From Anolis carolinensis (Eukaryota), in contig NC_085846.1 of NCBI RefSeq assembly GCF_035594765.1, positions 15,053,190 through 15,117,189 on the forward strand: a DNA stretch of 64,000 nucleotides. The letters are read 5' to 3'. The position numbers and the translations under genes are program-made. Shown piece after piece: positions 1 to 20,900 of this stretch. Each line of letters starts with the position of its first letter. Position 1 is the first letter of the stretch. Under the pieces are notes generated by a model. It was not told the DNA's origin. It did not search any database and saw nothing but the letters and a program-made list of their open reading frames with translations.

Positions 1-846
1 ATGGAGACTACAACTTTAAGGATTTAGATGGGCACATTGTTCTGAGAGTTGTATCTTTATCAAAATCTTGATGTTTGAATTAAATTTAATACCAAGGATG
101 AAAGGCTCTTTATCTGATTTTCCTTCAAAATAGACAGCTTTTACAGGCAAGACAAAGTTAATATGAAAGTGTTTTCCCGTGAACAATTGAAAATATTCTA
201 AGATGATACTCTTCTGTAAGAGGAACGTGGCACATAAGGAACTCTATGCAAAGGCATCTCATAGCACCTTTGAGACTGAAAGAAAAAAGTTGGTAGCATA
301 AACTTTTGATAGACTATGTCTACTTCATCAGATGCATGGAGTCAAGTCTTTAGGGATATTGTCTGTCCTTGGGCGCTTTATTCTGCACATCTGATAAGGT
401 AACTTAATGTACAAGAGCTTATGCCACCAATTCCTTTCAGTCAGTCACAAAGGTTCTACAAGATCCCTTTGCATATTGATCCAGTTACGTCTTTTAATTC
501 TACCACATTTGGAACAATAACCTTGGAACTAGCATTTTGAGGAAAGTGAGAGGGAACTCAAGTTTGCAATTTCATAGAATGAAGAGTATAATTTGTTTCT
601 GCTGCCTCCTGGTTTCAGGTTGTTTCCAGCTTATGGCAACCTTAAGGTGAAACTATATACTTTTTCCTAGTAAGAGGCCGTTTTCCACCACTTTCCTCTG
701 AAACTGAGAGTGCGTCACTTAATGGGCTTCCATGGCAGATATAAACCTTGGTCTCCCAGAGTCCCAGTCCAGCACTCACCCTGCTATGGCACTCTAACTC
801 TTTAGAAATATTTACAGGGCTAAAATGTTTTCTCTGCTTTCCTCAG

Positions 847-9269
<8,423 letters not shown>

Positions 9270-10414
9270 TGCCCTGGGGCCAGCAGGAGGTGCCAAGCCT
9301 TTCTTCCAGAGACAGCTGCGGTGCGGCGAGACTCCACCTTCCCGCCTCCCGCACATCACGATCCTGGGGGGACGGGGCCAGCCGCACGTTTAAAAAAATG
9401 CATGCAAGTTTTAAAAGTGACCGCGGGACGGAGGAGGGGCAGCGGCAGCGGGGTTCTCCTCTGCCTTTCTTTCCCATGTTCTCTTCTGCCTGTAAAGTGT
9501 ATGAAGAGGTCAGGAAAAAAAGTGGGGAAATGCTCTTCATGTGCATCACATTTGGGTGCGAAAGTGGAGATTAAAAAAAAAATTTTTTTGAGAACCTCAC
9601 TGAAGAAGTGACTTCCCCCAAATCTCCATTTTTGTTTTGTATCCTGAATCAGAGAATTTGAGCCCCATTCCCATTCCAGTGAACTCACCCTCCCCCCCTT
9701 CGGTTTGCTTTTTCCCACCTTTAGGCATAGACCTCACATCTTATTTGGCTACCATAATGTGCCCTAGTGATATTGAGGCATAGAGCCCCATAACAACTTC
9801 TGGTGTTGGGAACATCTCATGGTGACTTTACTCCAAACTGAGCCCATTTGTTATGGCTGAAAATGACAAAGATGCAAATGACAAATTTGTTACAAATTGT
9901 GAAAGCTAGCCTGAAAGGAGAGCCCTGCAACAAAGTATTTTGATGGACAGGCAAAGTCTGTCACCAGTAGAAGAACTGCGATAATTTTCACTTCCTTTTG
10001 GTAAGGGGTATTCTTGGGGAGTATGAAATGTCCACCAGCCCCTCATATCTCCTGATTTAGAAGAGTCCTGAAATTTCTTTTCCTGACTGAACTTGGACTT
10101 AGCCAAGTGTACTCTCCTACAAGCTGCTGCTTTTCTCCTCCTTTTCCTCCCTTTCCAAAAATTTTGTCATCTCCCCAAATTTGGTATGAGCTCGTATGTA
10201 TTCTGCTGCTCCTCCCACAGAGAGCCCTCCCCCTTGATGACTTGCAATTTATTCCAAATTGGAGGAGAAAGATTTGGGGAAACCCAGGGGGAGGTGGGAA
10301 GACTGTTACGTCCCTCCCATCTCCTTAACCATCCCCCTGAACTGGAGCACCCCGCCCACGCCGCTGTTAAGATATTTTTTCGTAAGCCTATTTTCGTTTT
10401 GGAAAATATTTATG

Positions 10415-10420
10415 AATAAA
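10415..10420 (+). terminator. probable CNOT3 polyadenylation signal AATAAA
   Basis: canonical hexamer about 1.15 kb after the stop, followed by a T/GT-rich tract. Confidence 0.7.
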
Positions 10421-11269
10421 TAGTTTTATATGAGTGTTCTTCTTCTCTTGTAGAGAAAGGGGAGATAAAATGCACAGAGGGAGGTGGGACAAAACATTGT
10501 ATCTTGATTTTTATTTGTACATCTGTGAAGTTAAAGGCTGCGACTCAGGATGATTTGATAAAGCAAACAGTACCATATATCTCAAGGCTACATTTCTCAA
10601 TTGTACAGGGTTATTTAAAAAAACAATGTTTCATCCCATCTTGACATATAAAGCATGCATGCATCAGCATAAAAGTGCTGGCATCCTACTTCTGCTTGAG
10701 TAGGAGCCAGTGGAGCCATTGACTGGCATTGTTTTTCCCCTTCCAAATATGCATACAAGCTAGTAATCTATTTTTTAAAATACAGGGTAAGATAGGCTTT
10801 TTAATGGGTTCCCAGTCAGCCTTACCCTTCTATCCAAACACACTGCTTGATGTATTCACTTGTTAAACTCCAGTGAATGAAGAATTTCCAACTTAGTTTA
10901 AAGAGTATAAAGGAAAAATTTATACTCATATTAAAAAAGTACATTGTATATGGCTGCCCTATTTTTAAAGCAGAGTAATCTAGCAGGCTCAAAAAAATAG
11001 GAAAGAAATGCCATTTGGCCACACCAAACTCCCTGGTCATTATTTAATTTTTTGATGAATTCTAGAAATTTGTCTGCCCTCTTTGAAAGATACAAGCCCT
11101 AAATATCCCACTGCTGGAACTCCAGATAATGGGAAATTTAGAAAGGATTTTTATTTGAACAATTTGGTCTTAAAAAAAAAAAAAAAGCAAACAAAGCCGT
11201 AAGGTCCAAGAGAGAGTTGGACAAACAGAACAAGTACCAAGCAGTGAGGGGACAGTAATCTCAAATAAC

Positions 11270-11835
11270 CAGCTAAGGGGAATTAAACAAGATGAATGGG
11301 ATTCTTAGCACAACAAAACAGTTATGATGTAATAGGCATCACTGAAACTTGGTGGGATGAATCCTATAATTAGAATGTAGTAATGGAGGGGTATAACTTA
11401 TTTCAGGGAAATAGACCAAATAGGAGACGGGATGGGGTAGCATTATATGTTAAGGATGTTTACACCTGTGAAGAAATGCAGGACTTCAATCCTGACAGGT
11501 TAAGAGCATCTGGATAAGAAGTAAAGGAGCAAAAACTGAAAAAGATGTTGTGGGGGTCTACTATAGACCTCCAAGCCAAACTGAGGATCTGGATGAAGAC
11601 TTCCTTGAACATATGAGCAAACAGATATATGGTGGTAATGGGAGATTTCAACTATTCTGATGTGTATTGGAAAACAAACTCTGCCAAGTGTACAAAGTCC
11701 CAACAAATTCCTCACTTGCCTTCCAAAAATGTTACTGTCCAGAAGGTGGAAGAAGCAACAAGGTGATCAGCTATTCTGGATCTGATCCTAACAAATGCTG
11801 AAGACCTGGTAAATGGTGGAATCCTTAGGTGGGAG
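11270..11835 (+). mobile_element. CR1 LINE internal fragment (APE endonuclease region), degraded
   Basis: YDVIGITETWWDES...GVALYVKD...GVYYRPP...VVMGDFN with stops and frameshifts. Confidence 0.85.
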
Positions 11836-11957
11836 TTTCATCTGTATGATCAAATTCAAAACCATTAACTATGCAAGTATTTGCAAATGCACCTATTATA
11901 TTTGTCAGCTATTTGGGACCCATAGTTGAAATGCCAACAAAGGAACAATAAAATAGG

Positions 11958-11963
11958 TTTATT
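11958..11963 (-). terminator. candidate LENG1 polyadenylation signal
   Basis: AATAAA on the minus strand about 385 nt past the stop. Confidence 0.5.
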
Positions 11964-12345
11964 GAACTCTGAGCAGATCATCCCTGACATGTAATAATTA
12001 TTATAACAGTAATGATCTTATCTGCCTCTCCCTGCGACTTGAGGTGGGTTACAACACAAACACTGCAAAAAATCAACAAATATGTGTGTTTTTCTAAAAG
12101 ATTCACATTAAAACTACATTTCTATAGTGTTGATAAGGTGAGAAATCCCACCAGTCTTTTTTTCTGCAGATGATGTGTCCATGTGTTATATTGCAAGAGC
12201 CAGCACCAAAGGTCATCCTGAAGAAAAAAGTGATTTCATGTTTCCACTTTTCTTCATACTATGACCTATAAGAAGGGAAAATGCAGCTTTTCCTCAACAA
12301 ACTGCTTTGCAGTCATCTTACTAATAACAATTGGGGCAGACCACC

Positions 12346-12565
12346 TCACTGTGGTTCCCAGACCCTCTTCCTTGCCAGCTGAGGGTGGAATTGGGAGTTG
12401 TAACCACGTTTCCTGTCATCCAACTCCTCTTCTGCTTCCTGGGGCTGGAGCGTTCCTGCTCTCTGGCCCAAAAGAGACTCGGCACGCGCTCGCTCTGCCT
12501 TCTCACGACGCAACCGTTCCTGGCGAAGCTGCTCCAAAGGGGATGATGTAGATGAAGATGTAGGC
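12346..12565 (-). CDS. LENG1: LENG1 exon 4
   Basis: long pyrimidine tract plus cag acceptor; TGA ending 12346. Confidence 0.9.
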
Positions 12566-15500
12566 CTGTACCAGGAAAGACCAAAGATAAAGAGAGAGGA
12601 TGAAACTAAAATGTGCAAGGGACCCATTGAACTTTTGCAGTTTTTAACCACCTAGCTGGGGCTAGAAGGTTTATGCTTAAATCAGCCTTTGTTTTTCCTT
12701 GAGATGTCTTCATGCCATCTTGTGTTTTCATGCATCTTTGCACTCTAACATTGTACTGGAACTCTTGTGGTCATGTTTTTATAGGGGACAAGGAAGACTG
12801 CTCTTTTCAAAGCAAAAGAGGTGAGAATAATAGTTCAGGAGCAGATAGATAAGTGGTGTTGCATGTTGAAAGAGCAAGTTTGATCCCGGCACTTCCAGAG
12901 GAGGCAAAGAGCTCTAGATTAGAAAGACAAAATATTGGGCTAGATATCCAAATGATCCAAAGTAGTTTCCTAAAATACAGACTTCACACCCTACAAACTT
13001 AGTGACATGAAAAGTTCATTCAACTGATATCCTATCTTCTGTCACTAAACCTGAGATGGCAGTATGTATGACCATCCAGGAGGTTAGAGAGGGCTCCTGG
13101 ATCTGATAGCTTCAGCACCTCTAGGCTGAGAGGCTAGAACAACTGCTACAGGCAGAACTTAAGGACTATGACTTAAGACAAAAACAAGGGTCCAGTTAAT
13201 TTAAATTGAACTTGTCAAAGGAGCAGTTAATGACAGCCAGCTGATAACCCATGGAGTGAATACGATCCACAGCCAAAAAGGAGTGAATCCCGTATCATGC
13301 TTATAGCACTGGACTACATACTGCAATTCCCTTACTAACCAGTCAAACAACTATGTCATAGTGGTTGGATGTCTTATTTAGAATCCAATTCTCAGTTGAC
13401 TCTCACCCAGCAGATCCAAGGAAATTGTCTTGATGAATTAGGTCATAATGTAAGGTTCCATTGACTTCAAGCATGGCTGAAGTGTTGTCCATGCCCATCA
13501 TTCTGATGAAGTGCTGGCTAAGTCTCCATGTGACAGCTAAACCCAAGGAAGTAATCGGAAACCACAAACATTCCCTTGGTGTTCTAGCTGAAATGGGAGT
13601 TTGTGTGGGTGCATGGATGTACACACATAATTTTTTTTCTTTTCAAGCAAGCTGCATCCAAAGGAAGAGGTCTATTAGAAATGCTCCCAATTAATTGCTC
13701 ACAACCTTTCCTGTCTAGGGCTGGCATTTGAACCACCCAGGGTCAACTAACTGGAAAGGAATGGTAGTGTTTACCATCTTCCCATTGTCCTCCAGCCTGG
13801 CAACCAAAAGATACCACATGCACTAAAATACTTGCCTGACTGTCAGATTTCCTTTCTCTTTACCCCTGCGTTCCTCTTTTTCTTTCTTCCCTTCTTTCTT
13901 GTGGGAGCTTTTCTTCTTCCGCAAGTGCCTTTCCATCTCCAAAAGAGGGTCCAGCTTTCCTTTCAGCTTCTCATCCTTGACAACAGCTTTGTCACGTTCT
14001 GGTGCCTCCTGATACCAAGGACGATTGGTCTGGGCCTCCGCTGCACTCTGGCCCAAGTAAGTGAGGATCCCCAGAGCTTTTTCCTGTCGCTCCTGAGGGA
14101 GTGAAAGAACCCAGAGATGTCACTCTACTGGAAGCAGCCAACATCACAACTGTAAGGATGATCTCTGCGAACTACACTTTACTTATACTGCTGCTCCTCT
14201 TTTACAAAAGAGGGAATCCCATCTAGGCCAAAACTTGAAAAAGTAATTTTGGATAACAATTCCCAGATTCCTCCAATCTTCCATGGCTGAGTGACTGGAG
14301 ATCACTCACCCATGCTATTAACCTCAACACCAAATTTCCCCAGACTACTGAACCTCAGTGCAAAATATCTTTTCCCCCACACCGTTCATTTAATCATGGC
14401 CACTAACTAGTTATAATCCTTGCCACTATTATCTTGAGTAGCCTTCTTTGAAAGTGTGGGGAAAGGGAATGAGTTTTCATCCCCCTGGGTCTGCAGGAAA
14501 GGAGAAACAAAGCATTCACAAGCTTCCTTGTCCTGTACCCTTTACAAGATATTAAGCTACTTTGGGTCCTCTGCTGAAAGAAAGGCTGGAGGTAAATACG
14601 AATAAATGAATAGTCCATCTTACCTTTTCTTTCTTCTTCTCTTCCTCATATTCTTTGTTGCCACTCTCCTGCAACTCCTGAAACAGGTTGAGATGACCTG
14701 TGGGTGTTTCCAAGCTTAAAGGGACCAGCTCTGAGTCTTTGTCATGACTTTCTGGGGCTGAGAGGCGTGCTTTCTTGCGCAGGAATTCAGTCCGAGCCTA
14801 GGAGCACAGAAGGATATTATTTGCCCTTGTAGCAATGTAAATCTTTGAAAGGATATCACATTGAGCTTGTTTTCTACTGTTCTGGAGACAAGTCAGCAAT
14901 GGAGACAAATTGCAGGAAAAGAGATTCCACCTAAACATTAAGAAGATCTTCCTGATGGAAAATGCTGTAAGGCAGTGGAAAGTCTGGTGGAATGTCTTTC
15001 TTTATGGAGGTTTTTAAGCAGAGTCTGGATGGCCATCTGTCAGAAGTGCTTTGATTGTGTTTCCTGCAAGGCATAATGGGATTGGACTGGGTGGCCCTTG
15101 TGGTCGCTTCCAATTCCATGATTCTACGAATTTCCCATCCTTTTGGTGCCTCAAACGTTAAGACATGTTTCTGGGTATATTTATAACCCAGGAGTGTTAC
15201 TATAGTGCAGGCATGGGCAAACTTGGGCCCTCCAGGTGTTTTGGACTACAACTCCCACCATTCCTGACAGCCTCAGGCCCCTTCCTTTTCCCCCTCAGCG
15301 GCTGAGGGGGAAAAGGAAGGGGCCTGAGGCTGTCAGGAATGGTGGGAGTTGTAGTCCAAAACACCTGGAGGGCCCAAGTTTGCCCATGCCTGGTCGTTTC
15401 CTTCAAAACTCCTCCCATTGAAAACTAGAGCGGGACGCATGCGCAATCAATTTTTTTAACCTGCCAAGAAAACAACGCATGCGCGGTGCTGTCCCAGCAC

Positions 15501-15667
15501 AACAACTGCTCCTTTTGCGCATGCGCAAAACGTACCTCTTGTTCCGCGAGCAGGACTCGGGCCTCTTTCTTCCGCCGCTGCTCCTCGGCCTCGGCTTCGT
15601 CCCGCCGCACGCGGGCCACGTTGTCCTTGTTCCGCACGTGCCATGACTTTTTGGGGAGGATGTTCAT
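12346..15667 (-). CDS. LENG1: leukocyte receptor cluster member 1 (260 aa, complete)
   Basis: complement(join(12346..12565,13836..14092,14624..14797,15536..15667)). Starts [24 protein letters not shown] (CIR N-terminal-type motif), contains [18 protein letters not shown] and [16 protein letters not shown], ends [12 protein letters not shown]. Confidence 0.95.
13836..14092 (-). CDS. LENG1: LENG1 exon 3 ([14 protein letters not shown]...)
   Basis: cag acceptor; the phase-compatible donor is AG|GCAAGT (GC type). Confidence 0.85.
14624..14797 (-). CDS. LENG1: LENG1 exon 2 ([11 protein letters not shown]...)
   Basis: tag acceptor, GTAAG donor, 174 nt phase 0. Confidence 0.92.
14880..15130 (+). 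mobile_element. CR1 3' end fragment
   Basis: similar to the 3' end of the 55670 element, ends ...ttccatgattcta. Confidence 0.8.
15208..15392. mobile_element. palindromic hAT MITE (TIR CAGGCATGGGCAAAC), long subtype
   Basis: near-perfect self-complementarity; one of about 12 family members in the window. Confidence 0.85.
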
Positions 15668-15830
15668 CCTCGCGGTTGGTTCCCTACGTCGTCCTTCGAA
15701 ACTCCTAGGCTCCCTCTTCCTGTTGCCTCACACTTCCGGGATCAGGATCTCCTTTCTGATTGGTGGGATCCCGCTCAAGGGCGTGGCCTATTTTGTGTGT
15801 TTTTGGCGCCCCTTCTGGTTGGCCTGAGTA
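15430..15830 (-). promoter_or_regulatory. LENG1 CpG-island promoter
   Basis: CpG-rich. ETS/GABP site CCGGAAGTG (15731-15739, minus), CCAAT (15759-15763, minus), GC box GGGCGTGGCC (15779-15788), three NRF1-type CGCATGCGC motifs (15435-15530). Confidence 0.8.
15536..15667 (-). CDS. LENG1: LENG1 exon 1
   Basis: ATG at 15667, GTACG donor. Confidence 0.95.
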
Positions 15831-16512
15831 TTGTTTTCCAGATTTTAGAATTGATGCCTCTGTTTATTTTCCAGTTCTCACAATATATGTATCTTACCCA
15901 GAATGTCAAGGCAGATAATCCACAATATCTGCTTTGAACTGGAATATCTGAGCCCACCCTGCCACATAATCCAATTCAGTGTGGATTTTATACAGCTGTG
16001 TGGAAGGGGCCATAATTACCTTAAAGGTTTGGAAGTTTCACTTATATCTCAGTATCAAAATTCTGCATTGTGATTTACTTCATTTTCTGTTTATTTGTTC
16101 ATTCATTAAAATAATGCATCATACGTTAAGGCCCAGCAATGTACAAAGTGGAATGTTATAATTTAAATTTTTGTATGGGAAGCATATCCAGATTCGTCCT
16201 ATTTAGGTACTAGGGATATACAGTCAGCCCCCAAGTTACAAACAACATAAGCTCTGTGAAGTTGAATTAAGTTGCAAGTTGGAACAGGTATATTTTTAAA
16301 GTGTAACTCCAGCCAAAAAGATATGTACGTATGTATGTATTAGCCTTGGATGGTACAGGGAAGGGTTGACACCCTTGTAGTGTTTGTTTTGCTGGCTGAG
16401 CTCCTGTTCAGAAGATTTTACCTCACATTCTGTCTCTGTGATAATTGGATTTTGAAACATGTGGCTTGCTGTGGAAACAAGAGTCATTGATAAAACTTAA
16501 GTGGAGACCCCA

Positions 16513-16513
<1 letters not shown>

Positions 16514-16558
<45 letters not shown>
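16514..16558. repeat. (AAT)n microsatellite
   Basis: read directly. Confidence 0.95.
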
Positions 16559-16559
<1 letters not shown>

Positions 16560-16800
16560 GCCAGTCAAGGTGGTCCCAGTGGTGATCGGCACACTGGGTG
16601 CAGTGCCTAAAGACCTTGGCCTGCACTTGAACACAATCAGCGCTGACAAAATTACCAGCTGCCAACTGCAGAAGGCCACCTTACAGGGATCTGCATGCAT
16701 TATTCGCCAGTACATCACACAGCCCTAGACACTTGGGAAGTGTCCGGCATGTGATCCAGTACAACAGCCAGCAGAGTGTCTGCTGTCTCCTTTTGACTCA
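16559..16800 (+). mobile_element. R4/Dong (Rex6-like) LINE 3' fragment after (AAT)n
   Basis: [18 protein letters not shown]...LQKATLQGSACIIRQYI, the end of a restriction-like endonuclease domain. Confidence 0.8.
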
Positions 16801-17200
16801 CCCAGTTTTTAACTGTGAGTCAGATGTTTGTAACTTGGGGACTGCCTGTACTCTGTCCATCAGGAAATTTAAAAATGTAACTATGGTAGCAAAAATGCAG
16901 CCAGAAATCTGTTTTGGTAAAACGACATAAGAGACAAGAGATGGGTCTCATCTGTACTGACCATTGAATGCAGTTTGAATAGCACTATATAGTCAATGTG
17001 GGTGAGGCATGGACAAACTTCGGCCCTCGAGGTGTTTTGGATTTCGACTCCCACAATTCCTAGCACCTGGGGAGCCAAAGTTTGCTCATGACATATAATG
17101 CAGTTTGAATTGCATTATATAAGTCTACACTGACCTATATAATACAGTTTCAAACTGCATTATACGGTAGTGCAAATATGTCAGGGGTACTTTGTGCTTT

Positions 17201-17238
<38 letters not shown>

Positions 17239-17239
17239 T

Positions 17240-17775
17240 GATGTATTTATATGCCACCCTATCTCATTGAGGGACTCAGGGCGGTTTCCAATATAACAAA
17301 AATATACAACAAGTTAAAACCATATAGCAATTAGGACATTACACCACATGAACATAAATGAATAAGACATATAATCAGTAACAAGAATTTAAAACCCTAA
17401 TGACAAAAACTCCATCAATAACCCAGATACAATGATCAGGATTCAGCATTGGGGTGGCCAACCATAAGGTGCTAGGCGTGTCAGGTGCTACGGTACAGAG
17501 TGGGCAAGGAAGTGGGTAAAGTGCTAAGTAAGAGAATAGCTGGGAAGGCTACAGGAGCTCTACTCAAAGATCTCATGAAACCACCAGGTTTTCAAATCCT
17601 TATGAAACGAGGATAGAATGGGGCTAATCTGATCTCTCTGGGAAAGGCGTTCCAGAGCCAGGGAGCCACCATCGAGAAGGCCTCTCCCTCATCCCCACGA
17701 ACAGTGTTTGTGATAGCGGCAGGAGCGAGAGAAGGGCCTCCCCAGAAGATCTTAGAGCAGGCACCGGTTCATAGG
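17240..17775 (-). mobile_element. L2 LINE 3' fragment
   Basis: minus strand encodes AFSMVAPWLWNAFP (L2 ORF2 end) and has the ccgccctgagtccc...ggcatataaat tail before (ATT)n. Confidence 0.75.
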
Positions 17776-17944
17776 GGTCAGGGGGCTTGACTAGATGGCC
17801 CATGTGATCTCTTCCAACTCTGCTATTCTATGATTCTATGAAATGAGGACTTTGAGTATCGAAGAAATGAACTGATTGTTAGGAACTGTACAATAAAACA
17901 CCCATCTGAAGAAATAAATGCATCTTGTTCTACCATCTTCTGTC

Positions 17945-17998
17945 TCACTGGCTCAGCTCAGAGATCTGTTTCACCAGGAAGAGTTTGTCTTGGCCCTC
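17945..17998 (-). CDS. TMC4: TMC4 last exon ([17 protein letters not shown])
   Basis: tag acceptor, TMC-type EGxDKxFL tail, TGA. Confidence 0.9.
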   Translation of the reverse strand, partial: EGQDKLFLVKQISELSQ

Positions 17999-20900
17999 CT
18001 AGATGAAAGAGAAGGAGAGAAATGTGAAAGTATCCTTATCCATTACTGCATCCTCTTAGGGTCCTTCCACACAGCCATATAATTCAGAATATTAAAGCAG
18101 ATAATCCACAATATCTGCTTTGAACTGAGTTACCTGAGATCACACTGCCATATAACCCAGTTCAAAGCAGATAATGTGGGATTTTATGTAGCTGTATGGA
18201 ATGGGCCTGAGTGCTTTCCCAATCTTATCATCTCCAGATATGCTGCACTATAACTTTGGGCAAGTAGTCTGGGATAGTGGGAACTTTGTGTGGCACATCT
18301 ACATTATTTGTAAGGCATCTGTTTGTTAATGGGTCGATCCTGGCATTGCAATCCCAGGCTAACTCTATGAAAATGTTCTTTTTGAGCCACTCACCAGACG
18401 GAGCTGTCCTTTAAGGCCTTTGACCACAGAGCTGTAGGAGTCAGCCAGTGCCTTGAGATAGAACATGAGGATACTTGGAGGAAAGGATACAAAAGAAAGG
18501 AGACAAATGTAAGATCAGGGTCTTTTGTTTCATCAGGTGCAAGACTCAAAGCCATATATTACAGTGATTCTCAACCTGTGGGTCCTCAGATGTTTTGACC
18601 TTCAACTCCCAGAAATCCTAACAGCTGGTAAACTGGCTGGGATTTCTGAGAGTTGTAGGCCAAAACACCTGGGGACCCACAGATTAAGAACCACTGCTCT
18701 TTTGTCCTTTATTCTTCTCATTCCACTGCTTGAAAAATAACCTTTGAGGGCCACACGTTTCACCACAAACCTTCCCTAGCATAGTCCAGAAAGGTAGCTT
18801 TTCCAAACTTATCTCTGCTTCCCAAATTAGGGTGCTGCCCTAATAAAGTGGCATCCTAATTTGGGGATCAGAGAAAGGGCTGGGATAGATACCAAATCCT
18901 TCCTCACCTCAGTAGCAGGAACAAAGGGACAGCGAATGCCAGGGAACCCACAAATCTGAAGAAGTTCCTGGCCATTTTGGGCAATTCTGATATGGCGCTG
19001 CTGACGGTGTTCCACATGGCGGGCTCGCCCCGGAACGGGCCACAGGCTTCTGAAGGATGTATTCTGGAAGAGAAAGGCAAGGTCAGGCTGGAACATAAGC
19101 AGGACAGAGGGATTTAGGAGAGGAATTTATGTATATACTAGTGTATATAATTTATACCAGCATTGCCCAGGTCTCAGAGGGGACCCCGCCCGATTCCTCC
19201 CTTCTCCAGCTCTGAAAAGGTCTACCTCACAATGTCCCCATGACAATGCTATGGCAATGGTAGGCAGGATTTCCATCACATGACAAAAGGCCACTTCACT
19301 TAGAAACAGCCAATCTTCTTGGTTCCTTTTCTTTCCCTCTTCTTTGGGCCCAAAAGAGGTGGGTTTGTTTTAGTTCAAAACCCTCAATTATTTTAAGTTA
19401 GATAATGAAGGGTAAGTGTGCCAAGTGTGGGCCAGATTCATCAAGCCATGTAAGAGCTTTTGTGGTACAAACCAACCAACATACTTTGACTTTTATACAG
19501 AGAGATTAAACAGTATTTATATCCCAACTTTAGGTCTTATAATTTTCCTATGATTGACAACACAATATTTAAAAACATGTTGACTCTTTAAAACAGACAT
19601 GGGCAAACTTCGGCCCTCCAGGTGTTTTGGACTTCAGCTCCTGGTAGGCTATTAGAAATTCTAGAGTTGAAGTCCAAAACGCCTAGAGGGTCGAAGTTTG
19701 CCCATGCCTGCTTTACAACAAGGCCAAATGTCTGCCAGAATGAAAAATATTTCTGAACTCTTCCAGGAAACAATTTGTAGAAGTGTCTGGATTTCCTTAT
19801 CATTGTACTTACACAAACATGCTGTATAAGGCAGGAACGCAAGAAATTATCAGGCCCAGAAGTAAGACCAAGAGAAAGAAGAAGTTGGAGCTGGAGGCAC
19901 GGAAGGTCCGGTCAGCAGGACGGCAATTGGAAAAGAGGGTGAGCTGGAAGCAAGTGGGAAGACAATAACCAAACGCTCTTGACTTTCTTGCTGCAAGCTT
20001 TCCATGAATGCCCTTCCTAGAGAATCCCTTAAAATAGCTGGAGCTAAACCAAGCACTGACAAGCCAGTGGACATTGGGCTGGCCTCAGTCTAGTAGAGGA
20101 AAAATGTTGGCCTGTGCCATTGAGTTAAGGGATGATTGAGTTTTTGATAGAAAAATCCACATAAAACTAATCCTGTAAGCTAGCTAGCTCTATATATCTA
20201 TATATTGAGCAGTGGTTCTCAACCTGTGGGTCCCCAGATGTTTTGGCCTTCGACTCCCAGAAATCCTAACAGCTAGTAATCTGGCTGGGGGTTTGGGGAG
20301 TTGTAGGTCAAAACACCTGGGGACCTACATATTGAGAAGCACTGATATAGAGCTAGCTCTATGAACTCCAAACCAAAGAACCTACATCTGATGTAACCAT
20401 TTCTTTCAACTGAATGTGTTTGCCGCTTACACTGATCTAGCTAGTTCCAGTCTGTTTTTTTGTTTTTTTGCAACAGAGATCAAAAGGGAATTTGGCATAG
20501 TATAGTATGAACAGAGGTTGGGGAAGTTAGAGCACCTGGAATATATGTTTCCCAGGTATTGGAGTCCAACAAGCCACCTTTTCCAAGCACCCAAAGCAGG
20601 CAGTGTCTCCAATAATCGAAAAATGCCTGTTGCTCTTCCTTTATTCCAGTGGTTCTCAACCTGTGGGTCCCCAGATCTTTTGGCCTACAACTCCCAGAAA
20701 TCTCTGCCAGCTGTTAGGATTTCTGGGAGTTGAAGGCCAATACATCTGGGGAGCCACAGGATGAGAACACTGCTTGGGTCAAAACCAGAAAATATTTACC
20801 TTTTTAACTACAATGCTGGATCTATTAATCCTAAGTGTTTTACTCTATTAAGATTTGTATTTACTGACTGAATTTGTAAATGTGGTGAAGGTCATATTGC

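Larger units (their letters stand above)
16220..16847. mobile_element. pogo/Tigger-like non-autonomous DNA transposon interrupted by the R4 fragment
   Basis: inverted ends TAcagtcagcccccaagttacaaac ... gtttgtaacttggggactgcctgTA, TA duplication. Confidence 0.65.

Noticed and set aside
15200-15421. Recurrent short ORFs such as [14 protein letters not shown] and [18 protein letters not shown] (also near 32377, 43627, 46429, 48768, 62879)
   Set aside because: Translations of palindromic MITEs that appear on both strands; not a protein family.
16423-16728. Poly-N, poly-I and poly-L ORFs (also 21133-21387)
   Set aside because: Microsatellite translations joined to R4 fragments.
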